From: Acanthaster planci
Lineage: Eukaryota
NCBI RefSeq assembly: GCF_001949145.1
Contig: NW_019091355.1
Coordinates: 928,083 to 992,082, forward strand
Length of the DNA stretch: 64,000 nucleotides
Direction: 5' to 3'
Shown: positions 1 to 12,600 of the stretch, in pieces
Layout: each line of letters begins with the position of its first letter
Position numbering within the stretch: the first letter of the stretch is position 1
Position numbers and translations under genes: made by a program
Notes under the pieces: model-generated
Told to the model about the DNA's origin: nothing
The model's input: the letters and a program-made list of their open reading frames with translations, nothing else
Databases searched by the model: none

Positions 1-423
1 GGAATAAGGCAATTTGTCTAGAACAGGAAGAACTAGTTCACCTAATTGACAACTTCAACCATTTTGAGCTTCTCAAAAAATTTCCAGTTTACGACTACGT
101 GAACGATGCTTTTCCAAATGGGTAGAATCTTGGTACATCTCACATCATCCCTGAGGGATCAAGGACACAGTAAGACACTCTAAGAATTACAACTTATTCC
201 AATCCCTCCTAGATCCTTCAAAATCCGCCAAGTAGTTTTGGAGGATGTTGTAGGTAGAGCTAAGCCACTAGCACTTTCAAAGTGGTTAGATACTCTTAGG
301 AATTTAAGAATAAAGAATGCGCCATTCGTCTTCTGCAGAGAGGAGGATGTTGACGGTTTGAGGAAGTGTGGAGGGAGAGTGTTTGAGTTGGGTTAAGAAC
401 TGGAATGCCACACTGACACTTAC

Positions 424-680
424 TTGCAAGAAGGGATACCCTTCCCCAACGTTTTCGGTCAGATTGACCTCATAGCGGGCCATGGTGAACTCGGGTGGGT
501 CGTCTTGCGCATCCACCAGTAGGACCCGGACTGTGGCCGTGGCCGTGTGGAAGGGTTGGGCTTGGTCTTGTGCTGTCACCGTCAGGTTGTAGGTGGACTG
601 GATGGAATAATCCGGCAGGGTACTGAGCACCGTGATCCTACCAGAGTAGGAATCGATTACGAAGTAGTTGCCTTCATTGC
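424..680 (-). CDS. Cadherin exon (end of EC11, start of EC12)
   Basis: GNEGNYFVIDSYSGRITV...VDAQDDPPEF...ENVGEGYPFLQ; cag acceptor, gtaag donor. Confidence 0.9.
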
Positions 681-3600
681 CTGGAATTGGAAAATGGATG
701 AGATACCAAAGGTAAGGTGCAAGTCTTCAGTTTCCTTTGGATGTGTCTTGCATTAATGTTGGTACGATGGAAAGTTCTACTATGTTTTATTACATAGTGC
801 CCTCAAGTGATCAGGAATACGGGAACTAGAATCGAGAACAGCTGTTTAAGAGTGAGTGCTCCTTGCCTGTGTTGTTGAATTGTGCTTACTCTCTCGGGAA
901 GACAAATGACCAACAGTGCTCCGTAAATAAGCACATTGATGAAATTTCATGTATAGCGCCCTCAAGTGCCCGGGAATGAGCAAACTAGGAGAGAGAAGAA
1001 ATGCTCCTTCAGGGTCAGCACTTACCGCCTGTGATGCTGTATTGGATCTCCCCACCTTGGCCCAGGTCCGGGTCATTGGCTGACACTGTCACCACAACGG
1101 TACCTGCTTCAGCAGTCTCTAGCAGGTCGGGCTTCAGGTAGACATCCTGGGTGAAGCGTGGTGCTTCATCGTTAACGTCAGTGACTGTGATGGTCACAGT
1201 CGCTGTGAAGTCCACCACAACAAAATACATTAACTAGTCCGCTGCAGATTACTTCCCTTAATGCGAAAACTGATTTACACTTTGGGTGGAGAGAGGCACA
1301 TTAAAGTAAAGTGGCTTGCTTAAGGACACAGCATATGACCAGTGGTCGGATTTGAAACCCTGACCATTTAATCAGGATCAAAAATGTTCATAAAATTCAT
1401 TGGCTTTCAAAAAAAAGAAGGCCACTCTGAACTTGACCACCATCATTGGAATGTTAACCAGTCCTGTTTAATTTGAACAGCACCCTGTGTCCAATGAATT
1501 CCATCTAAATCCATCTCCCTCATGCATCGACCTTTGACAACACGTACCAGTATTTCTAGGGGGCAGGTCTCCATCATTGTACGCCTCCACTGTCAGCAAG
1601 TAGGAGTCTTCGGTTTCCCTGTCCAGTGGGGTAGGGCCGCGGGAGATAACACCGGTGCTAGAATTGATCTGGAAGTTATTGTTACCGTTGCCTTGGATAA
1701 TGCGATAGAGGATGACAGCATTGTCACCAGTGTCTCCATCCGTTGCTCGGACCTGTTTGGAAAAAGGGTGAAAGACGAAATCAAAACTTGAGACCTGGAA
1801 CAATTGTGATTAATGAGTCACTGACAGCAAAACAAAAAAGACAAAATAGGAATATGTTTTTTTGGGGTGAATACTGTATTATTCATTACATTATTACTAT
1901 TTATTATTATACATTAAAGGGTTCTGTTATCTACAAGAAACAACGATCATGTGCAAATTGCTAGAGCACAGAAGGGATGTACAGAGCAAGCAGCAAATTT
2001 TCAGCTGAATGGGTACAGCCGCAGTGTATTTGAACCACTCTGTAATCTCTACCAACCGTTACAATCTGCTGTCCCTGAGCTGCGTCCTCCGCTACAGATT
2101 CAGCATAGTTCTGGAATTCAAAGACGGGCCTGTTGTCATTGACGTCAGTCACAGTGACAAGCACAGTGGCTACCGCCTGAAGACTGCCGGACCCGCCCTC
2201 CCGGTCAATGGCATTGACTACCAAGGTGTAAGAATCCTGAGTCTCCCTGTCTAAAGAGCTGGTAGTCCGCAGTTCACCAGTCAGCCGGTCCAGAAGGAAG
2301 GGTCCAATAGGAGTGTTGCTGGACGGGTCAAACTGGTAAATGATGTCACTGTTCAGGCCTGAAAGGCAAATTTGATGATAATTAATTGTACATAGGTCAT
2401 AAGAGCAATATGCATATAGCTCCAACCTTGTCTAGATGTCTGTAGTCAGTATGTACTTATCTGTTACTGATGAAAACCTAGACCTTCGTGCATGATTCAG
2501 CCTAATTTTACAATACCCTCAGTGCACTGAAAAAAATCAACATCTGTTTAAAGGCGTAACAAAATGAACAAAAAATGATTGTAGGGCTGGAGAGCTCAAT
2601 TGGTAAAGCAATAACGTGGCCTTCTGGAGATCACAGGGTTGAATTCTAGAAAGAACCATGTTTTGTCAACAATTAATATAAAGTAAAACTGTTCAATTTT
2701 CACACGATTTTAATATTTGATGATAAACCTTTTACAGTTTTTACCAATATCTGAATCATTAGCCATGAGGTTGAGTATAATCCTGGCTGGCGTGTTTTCA
2801 GCAACGGTAACTTCGTACAAGACCTGGCTGAACACTGGCTGGTTGTCGTTAACATCTGTAACCACGATCAGGACGTCGGTCGTGGTCTCAAATGTCCCGT
2901 CTGTGACATTAACTTGGATGTTGTATTGGTCTTGCTGTTCTCGGTCGAGCGAGTTAATAGTTGTGATGGTGCCCATGGTGGGGTCGATCAGGAATTGGGT
3001 TTGTGGGAATGCGAAGGAGTACGTCAGGGTACCAATACTGTCAGGATCAGCTGCTGTCACCTGTCACAAAAACAATTAGAGCGCATTTTCTAATTTCTGC
3101 ATAAATACAAATAGCTTCCACAATAGCACATTATCTGCTTAGTTAAAACGTGACCTAAGAAATGTTGCTTATCAACACATGATGGGCTTTCAACATGGAC
3201 GGAGTATAAAGATCTTTGGTTTACCAAAGTTGAGCATCTTGGTTTTTTTTAGATTATGTACACAGTTGTAATGATTTTAAAGGAAAAGAGAAAAGGGCCA
3301 CAGTTTTGCTGATAAGTTGGTTTTGGGAGAGATTCAAACTTCCCTATTGGTTTTAGAACATTGAGTGCTTGGCTTATTATTAATCATACTTTTTCCTTGT
3401 CTGGAGTTTTAGTGAAAAACTTTGGCCATCTATCAGAGCCAAAAATGTTAATAAAAAAGAGAGAAAAACCAAACCTGGCCAACAAATGTTCCAGCTCTTT
3501 CATTCTCTGCCACCTCAAACCTATACGGGGTACCAGCGAAGGTTGGTGGTGTGTCATTGATATCTAGTACAGTCACTGTGACCACAGCTAGCTGGCTTGA

Positions 3601-6600
3601 GAAGCGCCGTGGGTCACCATCTAAAAGCAAGCACAAAAACAGAGGGGCATGATTTTTCCCCCAATCAGCCAATTTCTGAGTTTTGCGTCAAAATACTCAG
3701 CAATAACACAATACTCATAAACAGGGCAGAACTTCCATTCTCTTGCAAAGTCATGAACTTCTACTTGTATGAAAAAAGTTTGGACCCTTCCATGCCCCTA
3801 CACCAGCAGAATGCATTCAAACTTGACAAAGGCAAAGGCAAACCAAACTTTCCTCCAAAACTTGATTCAGAGGAACTTACCATCTCGCACGCGCACGTTG
3901 ACCTCGATAGTTTCTGTCTGTTCTCGATCCAGTGGCATACTGGTGAATATCTGACCGGTGGTCAGGTTAATATACAGATACTGACTGAGCTGTGCCAGCT
4001 CATATCTAAGCAATGCATTCCGGCCAATGTCAGCATCCTGAGCCATTACCTACAAGGAACCAACGAATGCTATGCCATAAGAATTGTTTGGCTGGTATCC
4101 TGCACCATCGAAGAAAGATTGTTATCTTGTCTCTGTGAGTTTATTTGATTACATATGCAAGTCTGGGCCAAAATAGTAAAAAATCTGACTTGATGTGTTC
4201 CTGCTTTGAAAAGTTTCAAGTTTGAACGAGCCTTGAAGGGCTCAGAATTGTAATTGATGTAAGATTAAAAATTGACTTTTAAGAGACCATTTGCGGTAAA
4301 AAAAAGGTTGAGAACCTGTTTTGTCATTTGGCTTCTGGCATTTATATCCAAGACCAGAATAATGCAAAAATAAAAAGTGTACCTGGATAACAAATGTGTT
4401 TGCAGGCTGCCCTTCCACCACCGAAGCAGTGTAACGGTCTCTGATCCACTGTGGATCATTGTCATTGAAATCACGCACTTCGACAATGACGTAGGTTGTG
4501 GCACTAAGTGGAGGCGCTGCTCTATCCTGGGCTTGGACAGTGATGTTGTAGAAGGAAACGGTTTCCCGGTCAAGAGGTTGAAGCAGGATGATGTTTCCAC
4601 TGTTGGGATCCACTAGGAATGTGCCTAGTTGGGGAGAAATCAAATGTACCTATGGTTACTCTTGAGATACGAAATCACACAAGATTCCAGATCTATCTGG
4701 GTTTGTAAAGTGACTTGTCGTACACGGGGACATGCCACTGCTTACAGGCTTACATTGGACCAACACTAAAGCTGCGCCATTAACTTCCAGTTCCATGCAA
4801 CTCTATGTGCAGTGGGTGTGGTTTAAACTCTAGTGATGCCCCACTTATGAACTGGACAGCTCTGTCATGACTAAACCTGGCCCTAGCCATAAGATTCAGG
4901 AGTTCTGATTTTGTGCTCGGTGCTTGAGCTGTCATTCTGAACATTAAATTAACATCCTATGATAATTGATAATGATCAATCCTGCCTACCGTTGTCATTG
5001 CCGCTGAGGATAGTGTAGGTTACCTCACCAGCTGGCCCTGAGTCAGCATCATTGGCTATCACTCGACCAATGGTCAGTCCGGTATCTGAGAGCTGTCAGC
5101 AAAGAAGTGGAGTAGAATTGTGAATGGCGTTCAGCTTGAAATGTGGAGTAAGTCTTAAGGTCTCCAAGATTGCTAAAGGAGTCAAGACAGACCACAGGTT
5201 GCAGTGGAAAGATGTGCTCATTGATATCCAGGCAACACTGACGCACTGTGCATTTTCTGCTTCAAAGACTCCTGATTTGGGTATACAGAATCCAAAAATT
5301 TCAATGAAAAATCCTACTGTAGGCCATGAGACGATTTCAAACTTTTTTGACTTTCAATTCTTTGAACTAATCCCTTGTTGCGACCAGGGAAAGTATAGAC
5401 TTACACGTCTGCCCTAGGCAGCAACACAGAACTGTTGCTCATACATTATGATGTGAGGTGCCCATGAGCAGCATAGGTTAATCAATCCAAGTAGGCTTTC
5501 TCTCGTGGGGATACAGTAGGCAGTGCAAGTGTAAATGAAAAATGGTCGCCTACACTCCATGCAAAGTGCACACGTGAATCAGTGCATAATATATGTATGC
5601 ATAATATATATCTTTGGAACCAATGGCACGTACACAGTGTGTCACACGTAAAGCCACATCCGCAGCATTCCAAAGCTGCATGACTGATCTGTGTCCTTTA
5701 TCTTTGGAACTGTCTATCTCACATCTTCAACTTAGTTGACCACTGACTGTTTCCATCCAAAACAAGTGGGCAACTGTGCTGTTTTTGGTCACTCAGTTCA
5801 CAACAACATGATACATTTATTCAAAGTGGCATGGGCTGCTCACCAAGTAGACAAAAAAGGGGTTATGTAATACTCAACTTTGTTACTTTCTTGGTTAAAC
5901 ACCTGTTAAATGTTCAATGAAGGAAACTTTATACCCTCTTCAAGGAGGGGAAATGTTAAGCTGTCGTAACAGTTTCTTCTTCTGTTAGTTTGAGGGGTTA
6001 TTTTACCGCCAAATACCATTGTTCTCCACAGAGAATAACACAAATTCATTATCTGCTGATCACATATTTGTGTTAATGTGTCGGTAATGAGTCCTTGGCC
6101 TATAAAAAGTGGAATTTAGAATGATAAATCACTTTTGGTAGAAGAAAGGCAAGTGCTGAGGAGGTTTACTTGTTTGTGATTTGTTTGATATGCTGTTTCC
6201 AAAATGCATTACTTTTAGGGTTATCATACAAAAAGTATTACAGGATTTTCTGGGGGAGGAGTAGGGTTTGGAGGTGGGAGGTGTCGTCAGCAAGTGCAAC
6301 AAACATGTTGGTTTATAAATCAGAGAATTTCGATAATCATCTTACCATATATGGAAACTGATTTGAAGGGGACAAAAGTAAAAAAAGGAGAGACTTAGTT
6401 GAGATTTGAGGATTCACTGCACCAAACACTCACTGTGACTTTAACATTTCTGTCACTTTGTACCTTAAAAGCCTACAACAGCAAATGTGAATGTAAATGT
6501 TTTCTGCAGGTGTAAAGACACCTGTCTAAGATTTGTGAATAGAAATTCTCAGAAACTCAATCCATGCAATCGAGATGCAAATTGAAGTCAACAAATCTGA

Positions 6601-9600
6601 AAACATCTTTTTGATTTTGTGTATTATTCAGACCCATTTCAAAAGTTATGACTATAATTCCTGAAGGTTGGTTCTTACCTCGATGATCTGTATTAGGTAG
6701 TTAGGCTGTTGGAATACTGGTGGGCTGTCGTTGATGTCTGTAATGGTCACTAGAACAGTCACTTCGCTGACTCCATCACTAGAAAAAGAACAGCCAAATT
6801 TTCAGATATCAATTATTTCCTATAAACTTAAGACAGAAAAGTTTGAAATGTCCAGAAAATACATCTACAAGTGACCAAAATTTGAGAATAAATGCCATTG
6901 GACTGTCTTTTATCAACATTAATTATTACATTTATACAGTTTGAAACGAGCCAAATGACCTCATTAATGTAGTCGATTTTTAAAATTTGGTTTTGTTTCA
7001 AGATGCAAAAACATGAATGCAAACTGTAGCACTGACTAAAATTAATTTAGCTGGACTTACGCTGGGGAAACTGCAGGCTGCGTGTTCCGTGCCTCAATGG
7101 TCAGAGTGTATGTGCTGGCTGAATTCTCAAAGTCAATAACTGATGTCGTTGTGATCACACCTGTGATCGTGTTTATGGCAAACAAACCCTGAGAAGCAAA
7201 AACACAGTTATTATGTTGAATGGGTCACACAAATCAACTGACTGATCATTCCCAAGTCTATCCCAAGTCCCTAAACAAGTCCAGTCACAAGTCCTTTAAC
7301 AAAAACAGTCATAAGTAATGAGGTGAACAGTGGGATTTGGATAGCTTGTATACTGGTTTAAAACCCTAACTCTCCTCAATCCTTCACCTGTTGGAGGACT
7401 GAGGAGGGTTAGGGTTAAGACTGAATGACTTGTAAAGGACTCGACCACAACATACTATCATACTGTACATAATTGTCAGTAAACTGCACAAAAATAATGG
7501 AACAACGTTTTGACTTCTAATTATCAAATGCCAATATTCCATATCTGTACAGTCCATCACATACCGCTTGATTTCCAGCAATGATGTTGAACTCTGTATT
7601 GGCATTGATGCCTTCATCTGCATCAGTCACAGTTACCGAGGTAATCACAGTGCCCATCGGCGAACCTTCCTCCAGGGCAATCGTTTGAGTGCCTTTAAAA
7701 GGATAAAATGGCAGGAAATAAAAGTTTGGCCAATTTTTCAAATATATACACCAAAGTTATTTTTAATATACTTTTCCTTCTTACAAGTATTGCACAAAAT
7801 CTCGATAATGCCTTGTCATTTTAAAGATGTATTTCAAACCCTAACCTGAGACATGCAATGGCAACTGTGCCAACAGAATGTGGATGTAAGATTTCCCTGG
7901 AAGAGACTGTCAGGCCAAGAGTGTCTTTGAAAGTGCTTTGCTCAAAAGGAATTCTCAAGAAAGGACCAGGAATGTCCTGAAAATATACTGCCAGCTCCTT
8001 ATGAAAATGGAGGCTGAAAGCACTCACCATGAGTAAAAATAGGATCATTATCATTGACATCTATCACCGTGACAACCACTGTAGCAGTGGAGATCGCTGT
8101 ATCTTCTGCCATAAGCTGTGAGATATCAAGGGAATTTCAAAATGGAAAAATGAGTCATTTTATCTTGAAACATTGCATTTGTTAGTTGAACAATGTCAGA
8201 TAATTGATCTAATACATATAGCAGACAATTGCTCAGAGTACCTCGAGGAAAATTTTGTGGAGGAATTTCGGTCCACCCTACTGCACTTTAACGACATGCA
8301 CAAAAATCAGCTTGTCCCACATTCAAAAATATTTGCTGAATTCTCACTGGTCGACCAAAACACCTTCTAACCAACGTAGGATTTTGTGCCAAATGCAGAT
8401 GGGACCATACACAAACGACCTCTTTTCAGAAGGGTTTGTGTGTTTGGTTGGTGCACCTTGTGTTCAAACTTTGCTCTTCACACCAAGCACGAATTAGTGC
8501 CTTAGAAAAAAAAAAAAAACACTTCTCAAACTTCTCAGGTGGGTCTGCTACATGTACCTGTAAGTCATAGCTCCGGGTGTTCTCATAATCCAATGGACGA
8601 ATCAGGGTCAGCGTTACAATGGCCTGGTCCACTGCCGAGGAGGGGGAAATGGAGAAGGGCACGATGTTGAAATTTTGGAGGGTGATGCGGAAATTACCCT
8701 GGATCACCTGAAACACACAAATCAAAGTATAACATATTAATTCTACCCTCCAGAATTCACGGGGAGAATCTCTCCTGAATCCTCTAAAATAAGTCACATC
8801 AGAATCTTCAAACTTATTCACGAAAACCCCTTTATATAATACTCACAATTTCACCATCGCTGACTTCAATTCCAACGGGCAATACAAATCCTGGGGTTTC
8901 AGCCTCAGACACACTGACAGTGTACGTTGATTGGTTGAACACAGGTGATTCGTCATCAATGTCATTGATAGTGATGATAAATGTTTCAATGACAGATGCT
9001 GCACCATTGGAACCAATCTCTATAGCCTGTTCAGAGCCAAGCATTATAAAGCAAGCAAGTATAAGATCTGGTGGCAACCAGTTTGAACTTGGAACCAACT
9101 TTTCAAGTGAGAAAATCTAAAATAAAAAGAAGAAAACTCACAGTTCTGTTCTTACAACCAGTGACCCATTTCATAAAGGTGCTTAGCTCAAAGTTTATCG
9201 AAATAGTCACAACAGGTTACCAGCTAAAAATGTAAAGCGATGCATATACACTGCAGCTTTTGACACTTTAACTTTTGACTTGTTTCTAAAGTAAATTCTG
9301 CTCAGCAAGAAAACATGATGAGAAATAGTTTCTGCGATTCAGCTCCACAAACGATGTTTTTTAGTTCAACTAGGGACACAAAGGAAAAGTAAAAGTAGTT
9401 CTGAGGTAGACACTTTGTGAATTTCATACAGGAGGATGGATAACATTTGATATTACGGATTCAAAGAACACAACATAATATTTATCCATGGCAAAAGCCT
9501 GCAAGTGTAACAACAGATGAACTCAGTACCGTTCTTACCCTGACAATCAATTCTACAGCTGCTGGTGTGTTGATGTTCTCCCGGTCTAATTCCCGCACCA

Positions 9601-12600
9601 AAATGACTTCCCCAGTGACACTATCCACCCTAAAGAACGACCCCAGATTTCCTGCAACATGACACAGACACAAGTCACTCTTAAGTTAATCCTCTGTCAT
9701 TTAAGTCTAACTACACAAGAAGTTTCTCTTGGAATTCTAAGTCTGACTACTATGATTGGTGGAAATTTCAAGTCTGATTACTTTGATTGGTGGAAATTAT
9801 ACAAATTATGCAAGATCGTGTGCAATTATGAACAACTACATATCGCCGACAGGGGTCTGATTGGCTTATACGTCAAGTCAGACTTACTGACTGGTGACAT
9901 ATGACAAATGTTGTACAATAAAGGCTACCAAATGACGTTGCCTTATTAGGGTTATGCGAGCTGTCAGGCACGACGACCAAATACTTTGCACAGGTTGAAG
10001 GGAAGGCAGACTGGACAGAGACGCCAGTCTGACTTGGTCTTAAGTCCGGCAAAAAAGCACTCTCAACTCCATTTTGTCCAAAGAATTTCTCACCTCCAAG
10101 GATTTCATAGGTGACATTATTTGCATTGATAGTATCTTGATCCACTGCTAGCACAGTCACCACAACCGTGTTCTACAGGGAAAAAAAGACAAACTCAAAC
10201 ATGGATTGCAAAGGACTCAAATGAAATCAGAGTAGAACAACATAATCATTGCAATAACAGAAATCAACATCTGTATCCAGCCTGAATTTTTTTATCCGGA
10301 AAGAAAACACAGACTCAACCTATTTTTCCATCGGAGCACAAGAATCCACGTGGTAAACAACGTACGAGGATATGCTTTAAGTATAGATTTATTCCACGTT
10401 CCGTATGGTTTCATATTCACTTTGACAACTTTACCTACGGGCCAAGTAGATCACTAAAATCACTTAGACAATGTTAAAATGCCACATGACCTTGTCATAA
10501 TTTTTGACAAACTCTGGCCTGTTTTTGAGCCATTTCGTATTTTTTCCATCCATTATAATCCACTATGCATGTTGGTCGAAGACTGTCTTTTTTACTTTGA
10601 GAAATCATTTCTTTAAGGTACACCTTTTAATTAAGCAACCTGTTTTTGAATGGCTTGTTTTGGTTTCCTTTAATACATCAGGCATTTTCTCTCAATAAAT
10701 ATACCAACCAGAGGTGTTCCTTCATTGATGGTTCTGTCATATGGCGTATTGATGAACACTGGTCCGGTATCCTGCACATCCAGGACTTGTACTGTCAGCG
10801 TACTAGTAGTTCTCAGGCTGTTGTTTCCCAAATCCTGTTGGTGCACAGAGAAGTGTATAAACAACATGACTGGATACCAGTGAAAGCAGACAAGCACACT
10901 TTTCAAACTGAGGCTGCATCCAAATCTGTTGTCTGCAGCCAGCTAGATCTAGGTCTTTACTCCATATACCCAGACAGCTGTAACAATAGCTCAGATAGCC
11001 TGTTTAAGACACAACCTTAATTAGAGAGGCCCATTCTTTGAAAGTCTGCAAACCCTTGGGCCAAGTAGAGGCAATATCATGTACTAACACATATGGTTAT
11101 TAATATTTTGCAAGATTGTTTGCAACTGAACTGTTTGGGTGGCATAATTAATTTTAAAATTTTCAGAGGCCACTTTGTTGGAAGAATGTTGTATTGAAAT
11201 CTTATGAAATTAAAGTTGGATGTCCACAAGAAATCACATGACAAATTCCAAAAGAGTTGGTAGAAAAATTGAAAAAAAAGGGAGAGGGGGTTCCATGCCC
11301 CAAACATTTGACCCCATGCTTTCCAGTCTGTCAGTAGAACTAAGATCTTCCTTTGCTTTTCAACTGACAAGAGAAGAAGATGCCCTCTCTTGACATTCAT
11401 TAGCAAACATCACAAAGTGCCACTCAATGTTAGTAAAAGGGGAAAAAGGAAATAGTTAATTAATTAGTTAATAATTACTTGATGAGTTTCATTACAAATA
11501 CCACTTCAAAATATCTCAATCTCCTCTCTTGGCCAGAATGACGTCATATTAGTGCCAGGAAACAAACACTTTGGGTTAGAACTCACATGTGGAGAAAAAG
11601 GTTGCAGATATTTACAAGAAAGAGTTCACAAAGCAACAAACAAATGACATTCCTGACAACCGAACCAAACTTCAAATAAAACAATAATGCAAGAGAGGTC
11701 ACAGTTGGCTGTTTATCACCACATCCCAATACATGGCAAACTTACAATTTACCAACCTGAACATGTGGTAAAGTTCCATCCTTATAGAGTTTATTTCATG
11801 ACAGTAACAAGAGTTGAAAAATACCAAGAAATATTCAGTGCAGGAACAAAATCAATGAGATCAGTAGATTGTTTGTATTTTAGAGACAATGTAACAAGCA
11901 GTGTTGTATTCTAGTCCACCACAAGTCCTTTCACAAGTCCCTTCACAAGTCCTTCACAAGTCCATCACAAGTCCCTTCACAAGTCCAGTCACAAGTCCTT
12001 TCACAAGTCCCTTCATAAGTCCATTCACAAGTCCAGTCACAAGTCCTTTCACAAGTCCCTTCAAAAGTCCAGTCACAAGTCCCTTCACAAGTCCAGTCAC
12101 AAGTCCCTTAACAAGTCCAGTCACAAGTCCCTTAGCAAGTCCAGTCACAAGTACCTTCACAAGTCCNCAAGTCCTTTCACAAGTCCCTTAACAACTCCAG
12201 TCACAAGTCCCTTCACAAGTCCTTTCACAAATCCCTTCACAAGTTCAATCACAAGTCCTTCCACAAGTCCCTTAACAACTCCAGTCACAAGTCCTTTCAC
12301 AAGTCCCTTCACAAGTCCAGTCACAAGTCCCTTTGCAAGTCCTTTCACAAGTCCCTTAACAACTCCAGTCACAAGTCCCTTCACAAATCCCTTCACAAGT
12401 TCAATCACAAGTCCTTTCACAAGTCCCTTCACAAGGCCAGCCATAAGTAACACGGTGAACATTGACAAAAGAATGCTTCTGTCACAGCTCATTTGAACAT
12501 TTTGTCATAACTCATTTGAACAACTTGTGAATTGCCTTAAGAATATTTGACTTACGATAGACTTGTGATAGACTTGTAATGGACTTGTGATGGACTCAAA

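Noticed and set aside
2584..2648. tRNA gene (also 35017-35080)
   Set aside because: Only A/B-box-like remnants are present; the acceptor and anticodon stems do not form, so a SINE head fits better.
2717..4148. Plus-strand ORFs of 120-183 aa
   Set aside because: They are antisense shadows of cadherin exons with no recognisable motifs.
11901..12492. Mucin-like (TSPF/TSPV) and GLVK-repeat ORFs
   Set aside because: They are translations of a 12-bp intronic minisatellite. The flanking cadherin exons join cleanly without them.
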